From a bacterium (GTDB lineage: Bacteria; Cyanobacteriota; Vampirovibrionia; Vampirovibrionales; Vampirovibrionaceae), in NCBI GenBank assembly GCA_030429585.1, contig JAUIEU010000001.1:427994-491993 (forward strand): a stretch of 64,000 nt of DNA, given 5' to 3'. Below, piece by piece: positions 18,394-28,272 of the stretch. Made by a program: the position numbers and the translations under genes. The stretch's first letter is position 1; the number at the start of each line of letters is the position of its first letter. Under the pieces are notes generated by a model, which saw only the letters and a program-made list of their open reading frames with translations, searched no databases and was not told the origin of the DNA.

Positions 18394-19704
18394 ATGAGCT
18401 TACACGAATCAGTATCCGTCGCCGTGCCGCCAGAACTGGCGTGGGTGCCCAATGCGGTGCTAATAGCGGCTTATGTGTTTATTGCGTGGGAAAAAATTCC
18501 CAAGGTGGTTATTGCTTTGGTGGGCGCTAGTATTTTAATGATTATGAAATTGGTGAGCCAAGAAGAAGCCCTGCGCTTTATTGATTTTAATGTGGTTTCC
18601 CTACTGGTGGGGATGATGATTTTGGTGAATATCCTGAAGAAAACGGGCGCATTAGAATATTTGGCGCTACTTTCTGCCAAATTGGCGAAAGGTAGCGGCA
18701 TACGCTTAATGCTAATATTTGCATTCGTCACGGCGGTTCTTTCTGCGTTTTTAGATAACGTGACCAGCGTTATTTTAATTGGTAGCGTGACGATTGCCAT
18801 TGCCCGAGAGCTTCGAATTAACCCGGTACCGTTTTTAATTGCAGAAACCTTGCTGAGCAATATTGGTGGTACGGCCACCTTAATTGGCGACCCACCCAAC
18901 ATTATGATTGGTAGCGCCAGTAAACTTAGCTTTAACGATTTTTTAGTGCATCTGGCACCCATTATTATGTTAATCACGCCGGTATCGTTATGGACTTTGG
19001 CCGCTATTTATAAAAAAGAATTAGCGCTTTCCTTTGGGGCCATGCGCCGTATGCTAGAGTTAAGCACGGAAGGGGTGATTAAAAACAAGCCCTTGCTGGT
19101 TAAATCGCTACTTGTGTTTAGCGCTGTTATTGCTGGGTTTTTATTCCATGCCGAACTGGGCTTAGAGGCTGGCATTATAGCCATTGCCGGTGCCGCCGTG
19201 CTCATGATTTTTGAAAACGAGCACGACATTTGGCAAGATGTGGAATGGACCACTATTTTCTTTTTTATTGGCCTGTTTATTTTGGTAGGCGCGGTGGAAA
19301 AAGTGGGCACCATTAGCTGGCTCGCCGAAGAGTTTCTTCGTTTAACGGCTGGCAATTTTAATTTAATGGCCATGCTGTTGTTGTGGGTTAGCGGCATACT
19401 AAGCGCCATTGTAGATAACATCCCCTACACTGCCACCATGATTCCGTTGGTTAAAAACTTGCGCGTGCTAGACCCCGTGACCTTTGCCAACTTAGACCCC
19501 CTATGGTGGAGTTTAGCACTGGGTGCCTGCTTGGGCGGAAACGGCACCCTGATTGGGGCCACCGCCAACGTTTTAGTTGCCGATATGGCGCACCGGCAAG
19601 GCCACCCACTAAAATTTGTAGAATTTATGAAAATTGGTAGCCTAATTATGGTGCAAAGCTTGGCCATTGCCACCGTGTATATATGGCTGCGTTATTTGGC
19701 TTAA
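18394..19704 (+). CDS. ArsB/NhaD-superfamily anion permease (YbiR/P-protein-like)
   Basis: 436-aa polytopic membrane protein with paired LDNVTSVILIG and IVDNIPYTATMIPLV motifs characteristic of this superfamily. Confidence 0.72.
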   Translation: MSLHESVSVAVPPELAWVPNAVLIAAYVFIAWEKIPKVVIALVGASILMIMKLVSQEEALRFIDFNVVSLLVGMMILVNILKKTGALEYLALLSAKLAKGSGIRLMLIFAFVTAVLSAFLDNVTSVILIGSVTIAIARELRINPVPFLIAETLLSNIGGTATLIGDPPNIMIGSASKLSFNDFLVHLAPIIMLITPVSLWTLAAIYKKELALSFGAMRRMLELSTEGVIKNKPLLVKSLLVFSAVIAGFLFHAELGLEAGIIAIAGAAVLMIFENEHDIWQDVEWTTIFFFIGLFILVGAVEKVGTISWLAEEFLRLTAGNFNLMAMLLLWVSGILSAIVDNIPYTATMIPLVKNLRVLDPVTFANLDPLWWSLALGACLGGNGTLIGATANVLVADMAHRQGHPLKFVEFMKIGSLIMVQSLAIATVYIWLRYLA

Positions 19705-19716
19705 GTAAATGGATAC

Positions 19717-22700
19717 TTAGGCTAGGGCTTGAATTTGAGCATAGGTTTTTAAGCCGCCGGTGCCAAAATCTACTTGCTCGGTACCGTTAAACATAGTAAA
19801 GCCATAGCCATTGCCTGCGGTAATTTTAAGTCTGTCACCAGTATCAATAACAGTAATGTCGTTAAAATCAAAGCTATCGGCATCAACGGTATCGGTGCCG
19901 CCACCACCTATAATGATAGTACCGTCAACGTTTTCATCAATAATAATAGTATCGTCTCCGGAACCACCTTGAACCACATTTCCGTTAGCTTCTATTGTCA
20001 TTGTGTCATTACCGCTACCACCGTAAATGTTGTTATTTGTGCCCGTAAAGGTGGCGGTGTCATCATAACCGGTTAGGTTAATGGTGCTGTTGCTTTGGGT
20101 GTAGGTACTGGTCGCCATGGATTCTAATTGGCTGTAAGTTAATGTGCCTGTGCTGCCTAACTTAATATTTTCAACATCGTTACTTACGGTAAAGGTATTA
20201 CCGGTGGCATCATCGGTAACGGTTAGGGTGTTGTCACCATTATCTTCCACGCTGATGTTGTCGACATTGTAGCCATTAGCGTTAACGGTATCGGTGCCTG
20301 CTCCACCACTAATGGTGTTGCCGCTACTGCCGTTATCAAAGCTAATGGTATCGTTACCGGTTCCGCCAACAATTTCGGCATTGTCAACATTAGTTAAGCT
20401 CATGTATTCATCATTACTGGAGCCCATGGTAATGGTTCCATTAGACATGGTGCTGTTATAAGAGCTAACCGTTCCAGTCACATCACCGAAATTAATGGTA
20501 TTCCCGCTACCATTTTCAAGGGTTTCTACATTCTCGGTGGTTATCGTAATACCATTAACAACATCTTCAACGTCGTAGGTGCCATCGCCATTGTTGGTAA
20601 TGCTGTAGTTAGAAGATACCCCTTCTAATACTAAGGTATCGTCACCGCTGCCACCATTAACTTCAATGCTGCCGCTGCCGCTGGATGAACTAATGGTAAT
20701 GGTGTCATCACCACCGAAGGTGGATAAGGAAGGGTCCTCATCGGCATATAAGGTAATATTATCATCCGTCGTGGTGCCGTAGTATTCGCCATTGGTGGTG
20801 TAGGTGGCGGTGCGGCCGTTTAGTAATTCACTGGCCGTGTAATCGCCTTGTTCATCAAACGAGAAGCTTTCGATATCGCTGCTGCTAAAGGTATTGGTGT
20901 TACCACTGTTAGTGTTTTCAATATCAAAGGTGCCATCACCATTATCGGTAAAGGTAAAGTCGTTAATATCACCTTCAATTAACACGTTGTCGTTGCCATC
21001 GCCGCCACTAATGGTGTTACCATCAGCAGCGTCAAAATCCATTGTAATGTTGTCATCACCCGCTAAGGCATCAATGGTTTGTCCCGTACCATCTACCGTA
21101 ATGTTATCATTACCGCTGGTACCAGGGTTAGTATCCACCAGGGCTTGGACTTCAGCATAGGTTTTTAAGCCAACATCGCTAAAATTAACTTTTTCTACAT
21201 CGTTGGCAATGGTAAAGGTATTGCCACCACCATTATCGGTCACGGTTAGGTTGCCGCTGCCATCTTCGGTAACAGTAATGTTGCTAAAATCAAAGCCGGT
21301 AGCTGTTAGGGTATCGTTACCATCACCACCGCTAAACGTGTTATTGGTTCCGTTGATGTGTGTCCGTAGGCTATCATCGCCAGCACCGCCATCTACGGTG
21401 TTATTATTACCAACCACGGTAATAATATCGGTCCCATCACCACCATTAACGGTGTTGTTGTCTGATATGACGCCGACTACATCGTTGCCTGCACCACCAT
21501 TAATGGTATTGCCACCTTCGTTAACGGTAATGGTATCGTTACCGGCATCTAAGTTATAGGTGCTGCCTGTGCTACCCGCATTAACGGTTAGGTTGTCATC
21601 GCCATCATCCGCATTAACGGTGTTGTTATCGCCACTAAAATCAACGGTGTCGGCTTCGGCGCTTAAGTTAATGGTGCTGTTGCTATCGCTGTTGTTGCCG
21701 GTTACAGCCGTTTCTACCATATCGGCTAGTTCAGAGTAGCTTTTCAGATTGCTGCTGCCGTCAAAGAAATTGACGTTGTCAATATTACTGCTAATGGTGA
21801 TATTAGCGCCATCCGAATTATTGGTAAGGGTTAAGTTGCCAGAACCGTCATCGGTGACAGTCATGTCATCAAAATCAATGTTTGTTGTTTTAACTAAGTC
21901 GTAATCGCTGCCACCATTAATGGTGATATCGGTACCACCAGTAATGTTAAAGAAGTTGTACCCATCGCCCCCGTTTAGGGTGTGGCCACTACCCCCGCTC
22001 ACAGCAAATGATTCAGCAACACTGGTGCCGTTATCACCACCATTCACCGTATTGTTGGTACCGCCTGCAATAATGGTGCTATCCTGAGCAGTACCGCCAC
22101 TGTTAATGGTGTTGTTGCTACCGGTAACGTATACCGTTTCTTTATCACCAGTACTGCCGTTATAGGTGTTGCCATCACCCGAGATGGTAAGGCTATCGCC
22201 AGCACCTATTTCATCAACGCCACCGTTACCATTAACGGTGTTGTTGTCCCCAGAAATTTCGACAGAGTCCTTCATGTTGGTGAGTTCAATGGTGGTATTA
22301 GAGTCACTAATGGTCCCTGTCATACCGGTTTCTACTAAGTCTTGAACTTCAGATAAGGTTTTGGCGCCACCGGTGCCAAAGGTAAAGTTTTCCACATCGG
22401 TGCTAACGGTAACGGCGTTACCACTAACATTATCGGTAATGGTTAAATCGCCGGTGCCGCTGTCTTCGGTCACGGTCACGTTGCCAAAGTCAAATCCGTT
22501 TAAAGTTAGGGTATCGGTGCCGTTGCCGCCACTCACGGTGTTACCATCGGTGGTATTATCTAAAATAATGGTATCGTTACCACCGCCACCTTCAATGGTG
22601 TTGTTACTATCGTTAACGGTTACGGTATCGGCACCGCCACCAGCTTTAATGGTATTGCCACCGGTGCCATCGGTTTCAATAGCGTCATCACCGGCTAAGC

Positions 22701-24996
22701 CTTTAATGGTGTTATTGCCACCTGTAAATAAGGCATCATCGTTTTCACCTGTTAACTCAATAGTGGTATTCGAATCAGAATACGTGGTTGTACCACCGCT
22801 AAGAAGCTCAGCCATGGTTTGGGTGCCATCGTCAAACTCAAAGTTTTCGATGTTGCTAACGGTAGCGGTATTTCCGCTAGCAGTATGGGTAATGCCATAG
22901 GTGCCATCGCCGTTATCAGCGTAGGTGTAGTCGGTAGAATCACCGGCCATGGTCATGGTATCGGTGCCATCGCCACCATCAAAGGTATTGCCGTAGTGCG
23001 CTTCAATGCCGCCATCGCTAATGTCGATGGTATCGTCGCCAGCACCCATATTAATAGTGCTGTTAAAGGTGGCATCTAACCCGCCGCCGCTATCAAAGGT
23101 AACCGTATCATTACCAGCGCCTGCGTTTACAGTAATGTTGTCAGAATTGTCTGCGGTGATATCGGTGTTGGCGCCTAGGTTAATGGTATCGTTGCCATCG
23201 CCAGCGTTAATGGTGGTGCCATCGGCCCCATCCATGTTGGTAATGGTATCGTTGCCGCCGTTGGTATTAATGGTGTTGTTATCACCAGAATCCACCGTAA
23301 TGGTATCGCCACCGTTGCTATAGGTGTGGGTGTTACCGCCGGTATTATCGTGGTATTCCGTGGTGCCGTTTAGCATTTCATCAGCGGTAAAATTGCCGTC
23401 ATCAAAAGAGAAACTTTCGATACCGCCAAAGGTGTTGGTGTTGCCACCGCCATCGGTAATATCGTAGGTACCGTTGCCATTATCCACAATATTGTAGTTG
23501 GCCACACTGCCGGATAGATTAACGGTATCTGTGCCAGCACCACCCGTTACCACGTTGCCATCGGTATTGGCACCCAAGGTTAGGGTATCATCGCCACCAT
23601 CCAGGTTAATGGTGTTATCGTTATTGGTAACGGTTAAGGTGTCGTTACCGGCTAAGGCGTTAATGGTGTTATCGGTGCCGGTAAAAGTAACGGTATCGTT
23701 GTTTTCCGTTAGGTTAAAGGTGCTATCTGAGTCACTAATAGTGCCACTTACCGTTGCCAGTGCATTCAGGTCATTATAGCTAAGGGTAGTGTCATCAAAT
23801 TCCATAAACTCAACATCGTTGGCAATGGTAATACTGCTATCATCTGTAGAAACGGTTAGATTACCACTGCCATCACTCGTTACGGTTATATCGCTAGAAT
23901 CCCAATCAATGGCCTTAACGGTATCTGTACCGCTGCCACCGGTTACGGTATTGCCCACTTCGTCAACATTATCGATACTTACTGTGTCATCGCCAGCGCC
24001 CAAGTTAATGGTGTTGCCATTGCTTTCCACAGTTAAATTATCGTCGCCGGCTAGGGCATTAATGGTGTTGTTGTCACCGGTAAAGGTAACCGTATCGTTA
24101 TATTCGGTTAGGTTAATGGTGGTGCTGTCATCACTATTAGTACCGGTTTCGCCAATACCCCCGCCACCAGCAATGGCCTCAACGGTGGTGGTGCCATCGG
24201 TAAATTGCAAGGATTCAATGCCAGATAAGGTGGCATTCGTGCTGGTATCGGTATGGGTTAGGGTGTAGGTACCATCGCCATTATCAGTGGCCGTAAAATC
24301 GGTAGAGGCCGCATCAGTCACGTTTAGTGTATCCGTGCCGCTGCCGCCATAAAAGGTGTTTTTTAAACTATCGACATTGGTGTTGATGATGTCGTTGTCA
24401 TCACCGCTATAAATCTCGTTGTTAATGGATACCCCAGTTAGGGTAATGTTATCTGCCCCAACCCCAGAGCTAACCAAGCCATTCGATGAGCTGTTTAGCG
24501 AAATGCTGTCATTGCCTTCGTGGGCGGCAAAAAATCCGCCGCTAACCCCAGTGGCTGTAATGGTATCGTTACCGCCGCCGCCTAGCGCTTTTTTACTATC
24601 CGAGCTGCTATCCACCGTAATGGTATCGTTACCACTGCCAACATAGTTTTTGCTATCGCTGCTGCTTAGTGTGCCCCCCACGCTGGTTAATAGGCTGTTG
24701 CCCAAGCTTAGGTACTTTTGGCCTTGGCCGTTGTATTTTTCTAGCAAGCTTTCACGGCCATCCGTCACGCTAGCTTTAGCGTTTTTGGTGGAGATACCGT
24801 ATTTTTTTAGGAGTTGATCCGCATTAACACCAGACCCCGAAAACAAGCTATTACCACCAGTGTTGGCGGATGAACTTAGGTTGGCTGCCGTTACGGCCTG
24901 GGTGGCCGAGTTGCTGAAGCCACTACCCACGCTAGTGGTACTACTAATAAAGCTGCTGTACGCATTGATATTGGCGGTTGATAAAGACAGATACAT
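19717..24996 (-). CDS. Giant modular RTX-like calcium-binding repeat protein (1759 aa from ATG 24996)
   Basis: Dozens of GG-x-G-(N/T)-D-T-(I/L/V) type nonapeptide-like motifs (GGGGNDTIT, GGSGTDTLN, GGAGTDTVN, GGDGTDTMT). Eleven modules each end in (D/N)(V/I)E-x-(F/V)-x-F. The ATG at 24996 is preceded by TAAGGGA. The track ORF extends to a TTG at 25107. Confidence 0.8.
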   Translation of the reverse strand: MYLSLSTANINAYSSFISSTTSVGSGFSNSATQAVTAANLSSSANTGGNSLFSGSGVNADQLLKKYGISTKNAKASVTDGRESLLEKYNGQGQKYLSLGNSLLTSVGGTLSSSDSKNYVGSGNDTITVDSSSDSKKALGGGGNDTITATGVSGGFFAAHEGNDSISLNSSSNGLVSSGVGADNITLTGVSINNEIYSGDDNDIINTNVDSLKNTFYGGSGTDTLNVTDAASTDFTATDNGDGTYTLTHTDTSTNATLSGIESLQFTDGTTTVEAIAGGGGIGETGTNSDDSTTINLTEYNDTVTFTGDNNTINALAGDDNLTVESNGNTINLGAGDDTVSIDNVDEVGNTVTGGSGTDTVKAIDWDSSDITVTSDGSGNLTVSTDDSSITIANDVEFMEFDDTTLSYNDLNALATVSGTISDSDSTFNLTENNDTVTFTGTDNTINALAGNDTLTVTNNDNTINLDGGDDTLTLGANTDGNVVTGGAGTDTVNLSGSVANYNIVDNGNGTYDITDGGGNTNTFGGIESFSFDDGNFTADEMLNGTTEYHDNTGGNTHTYSNGGDTITVDSGDNNTINTNGGNDTITNMDGADGTTINAGDGNDTINLGANTDITADNSDNITVNAGAGNDTVTFDSGGGLDATFNSTINMGAGDDTIDISDGGIEAHYGNTFDGGDGTDTMTMAGDSTDYTYADNGDGTYGITHTASGNTATVSNIENFEFDDGTQTMAELLSGGTTTYSDSNTTIELTGENDDALFTGGNNTIKGLAGDDAIETDGTGGNTIKAGGGADTVTVNDSNNTIEGGGGNDTIILDNTTDGNTVSGGNGTDTLTLNGFDFGNVTVTEDSGTGDLTITDNVSGNAVTVSTDVENFTFGTGGAKTLSEVQDLVETGMTGTISDSNTTIELTNMKDSVEISGDNNTVNGNGGVDEIGAGDSLTISGDGNTYNGSTGDKETVYVTGSNNTINSGGTAQDSTIIAGGTNNTVNGGDNGTSVAESFAVSGGSGHTLNGGDGYNFFNITGGTDITINGGSDYDLVKTTNIDFDDMTVTDDGSGNLTLTNNSDGANITISSNIDNVNFFDGSSNLKSYSELADMVETAVTGNNSDSNSTINLSAEADTVDFSGDNNTVNADDGDDNLTVNAGSTGSTYNLDAGNDTITVNEGGNTINGGAGNDVVGVISDNNTVNGGDGTDIITVVGNNNTVDGGAGDDSLRTHINGTNNTFSGGDGNDTLTATGFDFSNITVTEDGSGNLTVTDNGGGNTFTIANDVEKVNFSDVGLKTYAEVQALVDTNPGTSGNDNITVDGTGQTIDALAGDDNITMDFDAADGNTISGGDGNDNVLIEGDINDFTFTDNGDGTFDIENTNSGNTNTFSSSDIESFSFDEQGDYTASELLNGRTATYTTNGEYYGTTTDDNITLYADEDPSLSTFGGDDTITISSSSGSGSIEVNGGSGDDTLVLEGVSSNYSITNNGDGTYDVEDVVNGITITTENVETLENGSGNTINFGDVTGTVSSYNSTMSNGTITMGSSNDEYMSLTNVDNAEIVGGTGNDTISFDNGSSGNTISGGAGTDTVNANGYNVDNISVEDNGDNTLTVTDDATGNTFTVSNDVENIKLGSTGTLTYSQLESMATSTYTQSNSTINLTGYDDTATFTGTNNNIYGGSGNDTMTIEANGNVVQGGSGDDTIIIDENVDGTIIIGGGGTDTVDADSFDFNDITVIDTGDRLKITAGNGYGFTMFNGTEQVDFGTGGLKTYAQIQALA

Positions 24997-25186
24997 AAAC
25001 CCAAGTCCCTTAGAATGTTTAAAAATAGTTTTAGTTACTACGGGTATCGGGGCGCGTGGGGGTAAAATAGATGATTTGTAAAAGAATTGTAACGTTAATT
25101 TAAACAATAAATAGCCATTGGGCTACCTGGTTATGCTAGGGCATTGCCAAGCTACTGGTACATTAAGGCTAGGTTGTGTGTAAGCC

Positions 25187-26944
25187 TTATAACCCCATAA
25201 AATCTGGGCCGCTGCCTTGCTCTGTGGGGCGAACGCGTAGGTTCTCTTCAGGGCACACCAATTCGCAGGTGCGGCACTGGATGCAGTTTTCTAAACTCAT
25301 GCCGTGTTTTTGCAGGTCGTCCACAATATCCACGCGGTGTACTTCGGCGGTGCAATCGCTCACACATGGGGTTTCTTTGCCCAGTTTGGTGTAGGTATCG
25401 ATACATTTGACGCAGATATCGGCGTTAAATTCGTCAATATGGTCATTTTCTTCGTGGTATACGGGGCCAGCTAAGTACACCGCATCCACACGAGAGATAT
25501 ACCGTTCTTTATCGGTTTTATCAGGTTCGGGCAGGTGGCCTTTAAAATCGGGCTTAATGTATTCGTGGTCTTTTTTGTAGATAACAGGGCCAAGGTCTAC
25601 TTTGCCTTCAATCTGCTTTTTCAGCGTTAGCGCATCGCTTAGGCAGGTAAAGGGGTTATTTTTAAGCCCCGTTTGGATAAAGCCCCAGATTAAGTTGCCC
25701 TTATCCACGCCATCGAGTACGCAGGGTAGGTAGGATTTAAGCAGTTTGGGGTTCTCTTTCCACGCGTGGCGAAAGTACCGCCCTTCGTACAACTCTTTAC
25801 CCACGTGGGTGGCCATCACGCGTTCTTTGTAATCCATTAGGCGCCTGTCGTTAAAATCAGGCACGTCGTCATCGTTGCGGTTGCATATTCCATCATGGAT
25901 AACCCCTGCCGCCTGAATGCCGCATTCTAACGCTTTATCAATACCGGCCAGGCTGCTAATGTTGAGTACACCCAGTGCATCGCCCAGTAATAAGGCGCCC
26001 TTGCAGGCAAATTCGGTGGGTAGGCTGTAGTAGCCGCCTTCCGGCAGGGTGGCGGCGCCGTATTTAATTAGCTTGCCGCCTTCCAACATCTCGGCAAGCC
26101 ACGGGTGTTGCTTAAAGCTTTGCAGGGTTTGTTGTGGGTTAATATTGGGGTTTTCGCTATCCAGAGAAATCACCAGCCCGACGGTGAGGCGGTTGTTATC
26201 CATGCCGTACACAAAGCCGCCGCCAAAGGTGCCATCCAAAATGGGGTAGCCCAGGGTGTGCCATACCTTGCCTTTAAGGTTGTTGGCTTTGTCTGCCGGT
26301 AGTTCCCACACTTCCTTAACACCCACACTCCAGCACTGGGGGTTGGGGCGAAGGTTAAAGTGGTCCACAACATCGCGGCTTACAAAACCTTTATCGCCAA
26401 AGCAGGTTAGGTGGGCGTAGATGCTTTCTTCATCTGGGTTGCCGGTGGCTTGTTCTACCACTTGCACGCCCACCACTTTGTCGTCTTCAATCAGCACTTT
26501 GTGGGCGCTAAAGCCAGTTAGCATATCAATATGAATGTGGTCGTGGGCTTCGATTTTCTTTTCCAGTTGTTCGGCCATCCAGGCCACCACGTTACTGAGC
26601 GAGAGGATGTAGTAGCCTTGTTTTTTCACCCCATCAGGCAACAACGCATTGGGTAAATCGCATTTTTGTTTGGTGCCCAGCAGGCTAAAGTAGCTGTCGG
26701 TACACACGGCTTCTACGGGCAGCCCATCTTGCTTGTGGTTGGGGAAGAGCCGTTGCAGCACGTGGGGGTTGGATACGGCACCACTCATAATGTGGCGGCC
26801 AAACTCGGGGCCTTTTTCCAAAATCCCCATCATCAGGGGTTGGCCGCTCTCTATGCAGGCATCCACCAGTTTGTGGGCCAAGGCCAAGCCAGAGGGGCTG
26901 CCCCCCACCACCAGCACGTCATACAGTAAGCGATCATCCGACAT
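25187..26944 (-). CDS. Electron-transfer flavoprotein:quinone oxidoreductase (ETF-QO/FixC-FixX-like)
   Basis: N-terminal FAD fold (YDVLVVGGSPSGLA) and a C-terminal ferredoxin-like 4Fe-4S motif (CIQCRTCELVCP). The start is placed at ATG 26944 (MSDDRLLYD). Confidence 0.85.
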   Translation of the reverse strand: MSDDRLLYDVLVVGGSPSGLALAHKLVDACIESGQPLMMGILEKGPEFGRHIMSGAVSNPHVLQRLFPNHKQDGLPVEAVCTDSYFSLLGTKQKCDLPNALLPDGVKKQGYYILSLSNVVAWMAEQLEKKIEAHDHIHIDMLTGFSAHKVLIEDDKVVGVQVVEQATGNPDEESIYAHLTCFGDKGFVSRDVVDHFNLRPNPQCWSVGVKEVWELPADKANNLKGKVWHTLGYPILDGTFGGGFVYGMDNNRLTVGLVISLDSENPNINPQQTLQSFKQHPWLAEMLEGGKLIKYGAATLPEGGYYSLPTEFACKGALLLGDALGVLNISSLAGIDKALECGIQAAGVIHDGICNRNDDDVPDFNDRRLMDYKERVMATHVGKELYEGRYFRHAWKENPKLLKSYLPCVLDGVDKGNLIWGFIQTGLKNNPFTCLSDALTLKKQIEGKVDLGPVIYKKDHEYIKPDFKGHLPEPDKTDKERYISRVDAVYLAGPVYHEENDHIDEFNADICVKCIDTYTKLGKETPCVSDCTAEVHRVDIVDDLQKHGMSLENCIQCRTCELVCPEENLRVRPTEQGSGPDFMGL

Positions 26945-27182
26945 TGATTGGAGCCCCACACAGGTAAATAAACACAGACACCTGCCTATTATACGGGCTG
27001 AAACGAATAGCAACACAAGCTTGAAGAAATAGGCAAGGTTGCACTATAGTATGTGCGGCTTAACCCTACCTAACCCCTTAACTTGTGCGGGCAATTATGT
27101 ATTTGCCCCCGTGTTGTAAGGGTAGGTAATAGATACCCAACCCCATGTTTAGTATTTTAATAAAAATAGTAGGGCACCCCTC

Positions 27183-27434
27183 ATGATCAATACCACCGTA
27201 TCGGCTACCCCGTTTACCCAGTTTGCAGCGGCTACCCGCGCCCGTGCCACCGCCAACACCACTCAATTTGGCTGGGAGAAGAAATCTTCTATAAACGCCC
27301 TCAGCGATTTGGATATATTTCTGGGGGAAGACAGGAGAAAAACTAGCTCTTCAATTATAAGGCTACCCGATGGTAAGTATGCCGAGCTATGGAAAAAAGG
27401 CCGAAAAAGAATAAAAGTTTTTGGTATTTTTTAG
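27183..27434 (+). CDS. Hypothetical small protein (83 aa) with Ser/Thr/Ala-rich N-terminus and basic C-terminus
   Basis: ORF only. Its 3' half is AT-rich. No recognisable domain. Confidence 0.4.
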   Translation: MINTTVSATPFTQFAAATRARATANTTQFGWEKKSSINALSDLDIFLGEDRRKTSSSIIRLPDGKYAELWKKGRKRIKVFGIF

Positions 27435-27444
27435 AAGAATGCTT

Positions 27445-28218
27445 CTAAGGGTGGATGTCTAAGGCATTGACGGCGACTTGGGCGGCGGCTTGCTGGGCTT
27501 CTTTTTTGCTGTGGCCGGTGCCGGTGCCCACGCACTTATCGGCCACATACACCTCTATGTTAAATTGCCGCTTATGGGCCGGGCCGGTTTGCTTGGCCAC
27601 CCGGTAATCGGGTAAGCCAAGGCCTTCGCCTTGGGTAAATTCTTGCAGCACGGCTTTGTAGTTGTTGCGGGTGGGGTCGGCATCCACACGGGCGCAGGCA
27701 TCGCCTAAAAAGCGCAGTAACAAATCGCGGGCTAAAATAAAATGGCCGCTTAAAAACAGGGCACCCAGCAGGGCTTCAAAGCTACAGGCCAGGCTGCTTT
27801 GCTTTTTTCTGCCACCTTGTTTGGCCTCGTTGGGGCCAAAGCGCATTATATGGCCCAGTTTTATGTCTTCGGCAAATTCCGCCAGCATGGCGTCACTCAC
27901 CACCACGGCGCGTATTTTGGTTAGCTCGCCCTCGCGGTAATGGGGGAAGTGTTCAAACAGGTATTCGCTAACCACGAGCTTTAGTACGGCATCGCCTAAA
28001 AACTCCAGACGCTCGTAGTTGTTTAGCCAGTCTTCTGGTAGGGGGTTGTTGCTTTGTTTTAGCTCGTAGGTGTAACTGCTATGGGTTAAGGCTTGTTCTA
28101 GCAGGTGGCGGGTGTGGTCATCCAGCGGGGCGGGCAACCCAAGGGTGGCGGCAAAGGGCTCAATGGCCTCTAGCCAGGGGTCGTTTGATGGGGGAGGAGT
28201 AGACGGTGTGTGAGACAT
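27445..28218 (-). CDS. rnc: Ribonuclease III
   Basis: RNase III signature NYERLEFLGDAVL, catalytic SFEALLGAL region, and a C-terminal dsRBD (GPAHKRQFNIEV...GHSKKEAQQAAA). It has a ~30-aa N-terminal extension. Confidence 0.92.
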   Translation of the reverse strand: MSHTPSTPPPSNDPWLEAIEPFAATLGLPAPLDDHTRHLLEQALTHSSYTYELKQSNNPLPEDWLNNYERLEFLGDAVLKLVVSEYLFEHFPHYREGELTKIRAVVVSDAMLAEFAEDIKLGHIMRFGPNEAKQGGRKKQSSLACSFEALLGALFLSGHFILARDLLLRFLGDACARVDADPTRNNYKAVLQEFTQGEGLGLPDYRVAKQTGPAHKRQFNIEVYVADKCVGTGTGHSKKEAQQAAAQVAVNALDIHP

Positions 28219-28272
28219 AAGAGCAGTGAGGTAAGGAAAATACGATTAACATAAAGGTGTTAAGCAGGGGCA

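Noticed and set aside
19774-24646. Numerous plus-strand ORFs of 60-180 aa inside the giant repeat gene (for example 22361-22900 and 23789-24268), rich in L/P/V/S repeats
   Set aside because: They are antisense shadows of the periodic GNDT-type coding repeats on the minus strand. They have no starts with SD sequences, and their composition mirrors the complement of the real frame.
24997-25107. The TTG-initiated upstream extension of the giant ORF reads MFKLTLQFFYKSS, resembling the Firmicute L27 / phage capsid pro-peptide motif (MLKLNLQFFASKK) that is cleaved by the Prp protease
   Set aside because: The extension is AT-rich and promoter-like, and it starts at TTG. Its K/L/F/Q codons are what AT-rich sequence yields by chance. 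The ATG at 24996 has a good SD (TAAGGGA). It is worth revisiting only if a Prp homolog exists in the genome and N-terminal proteomics supports the extension.
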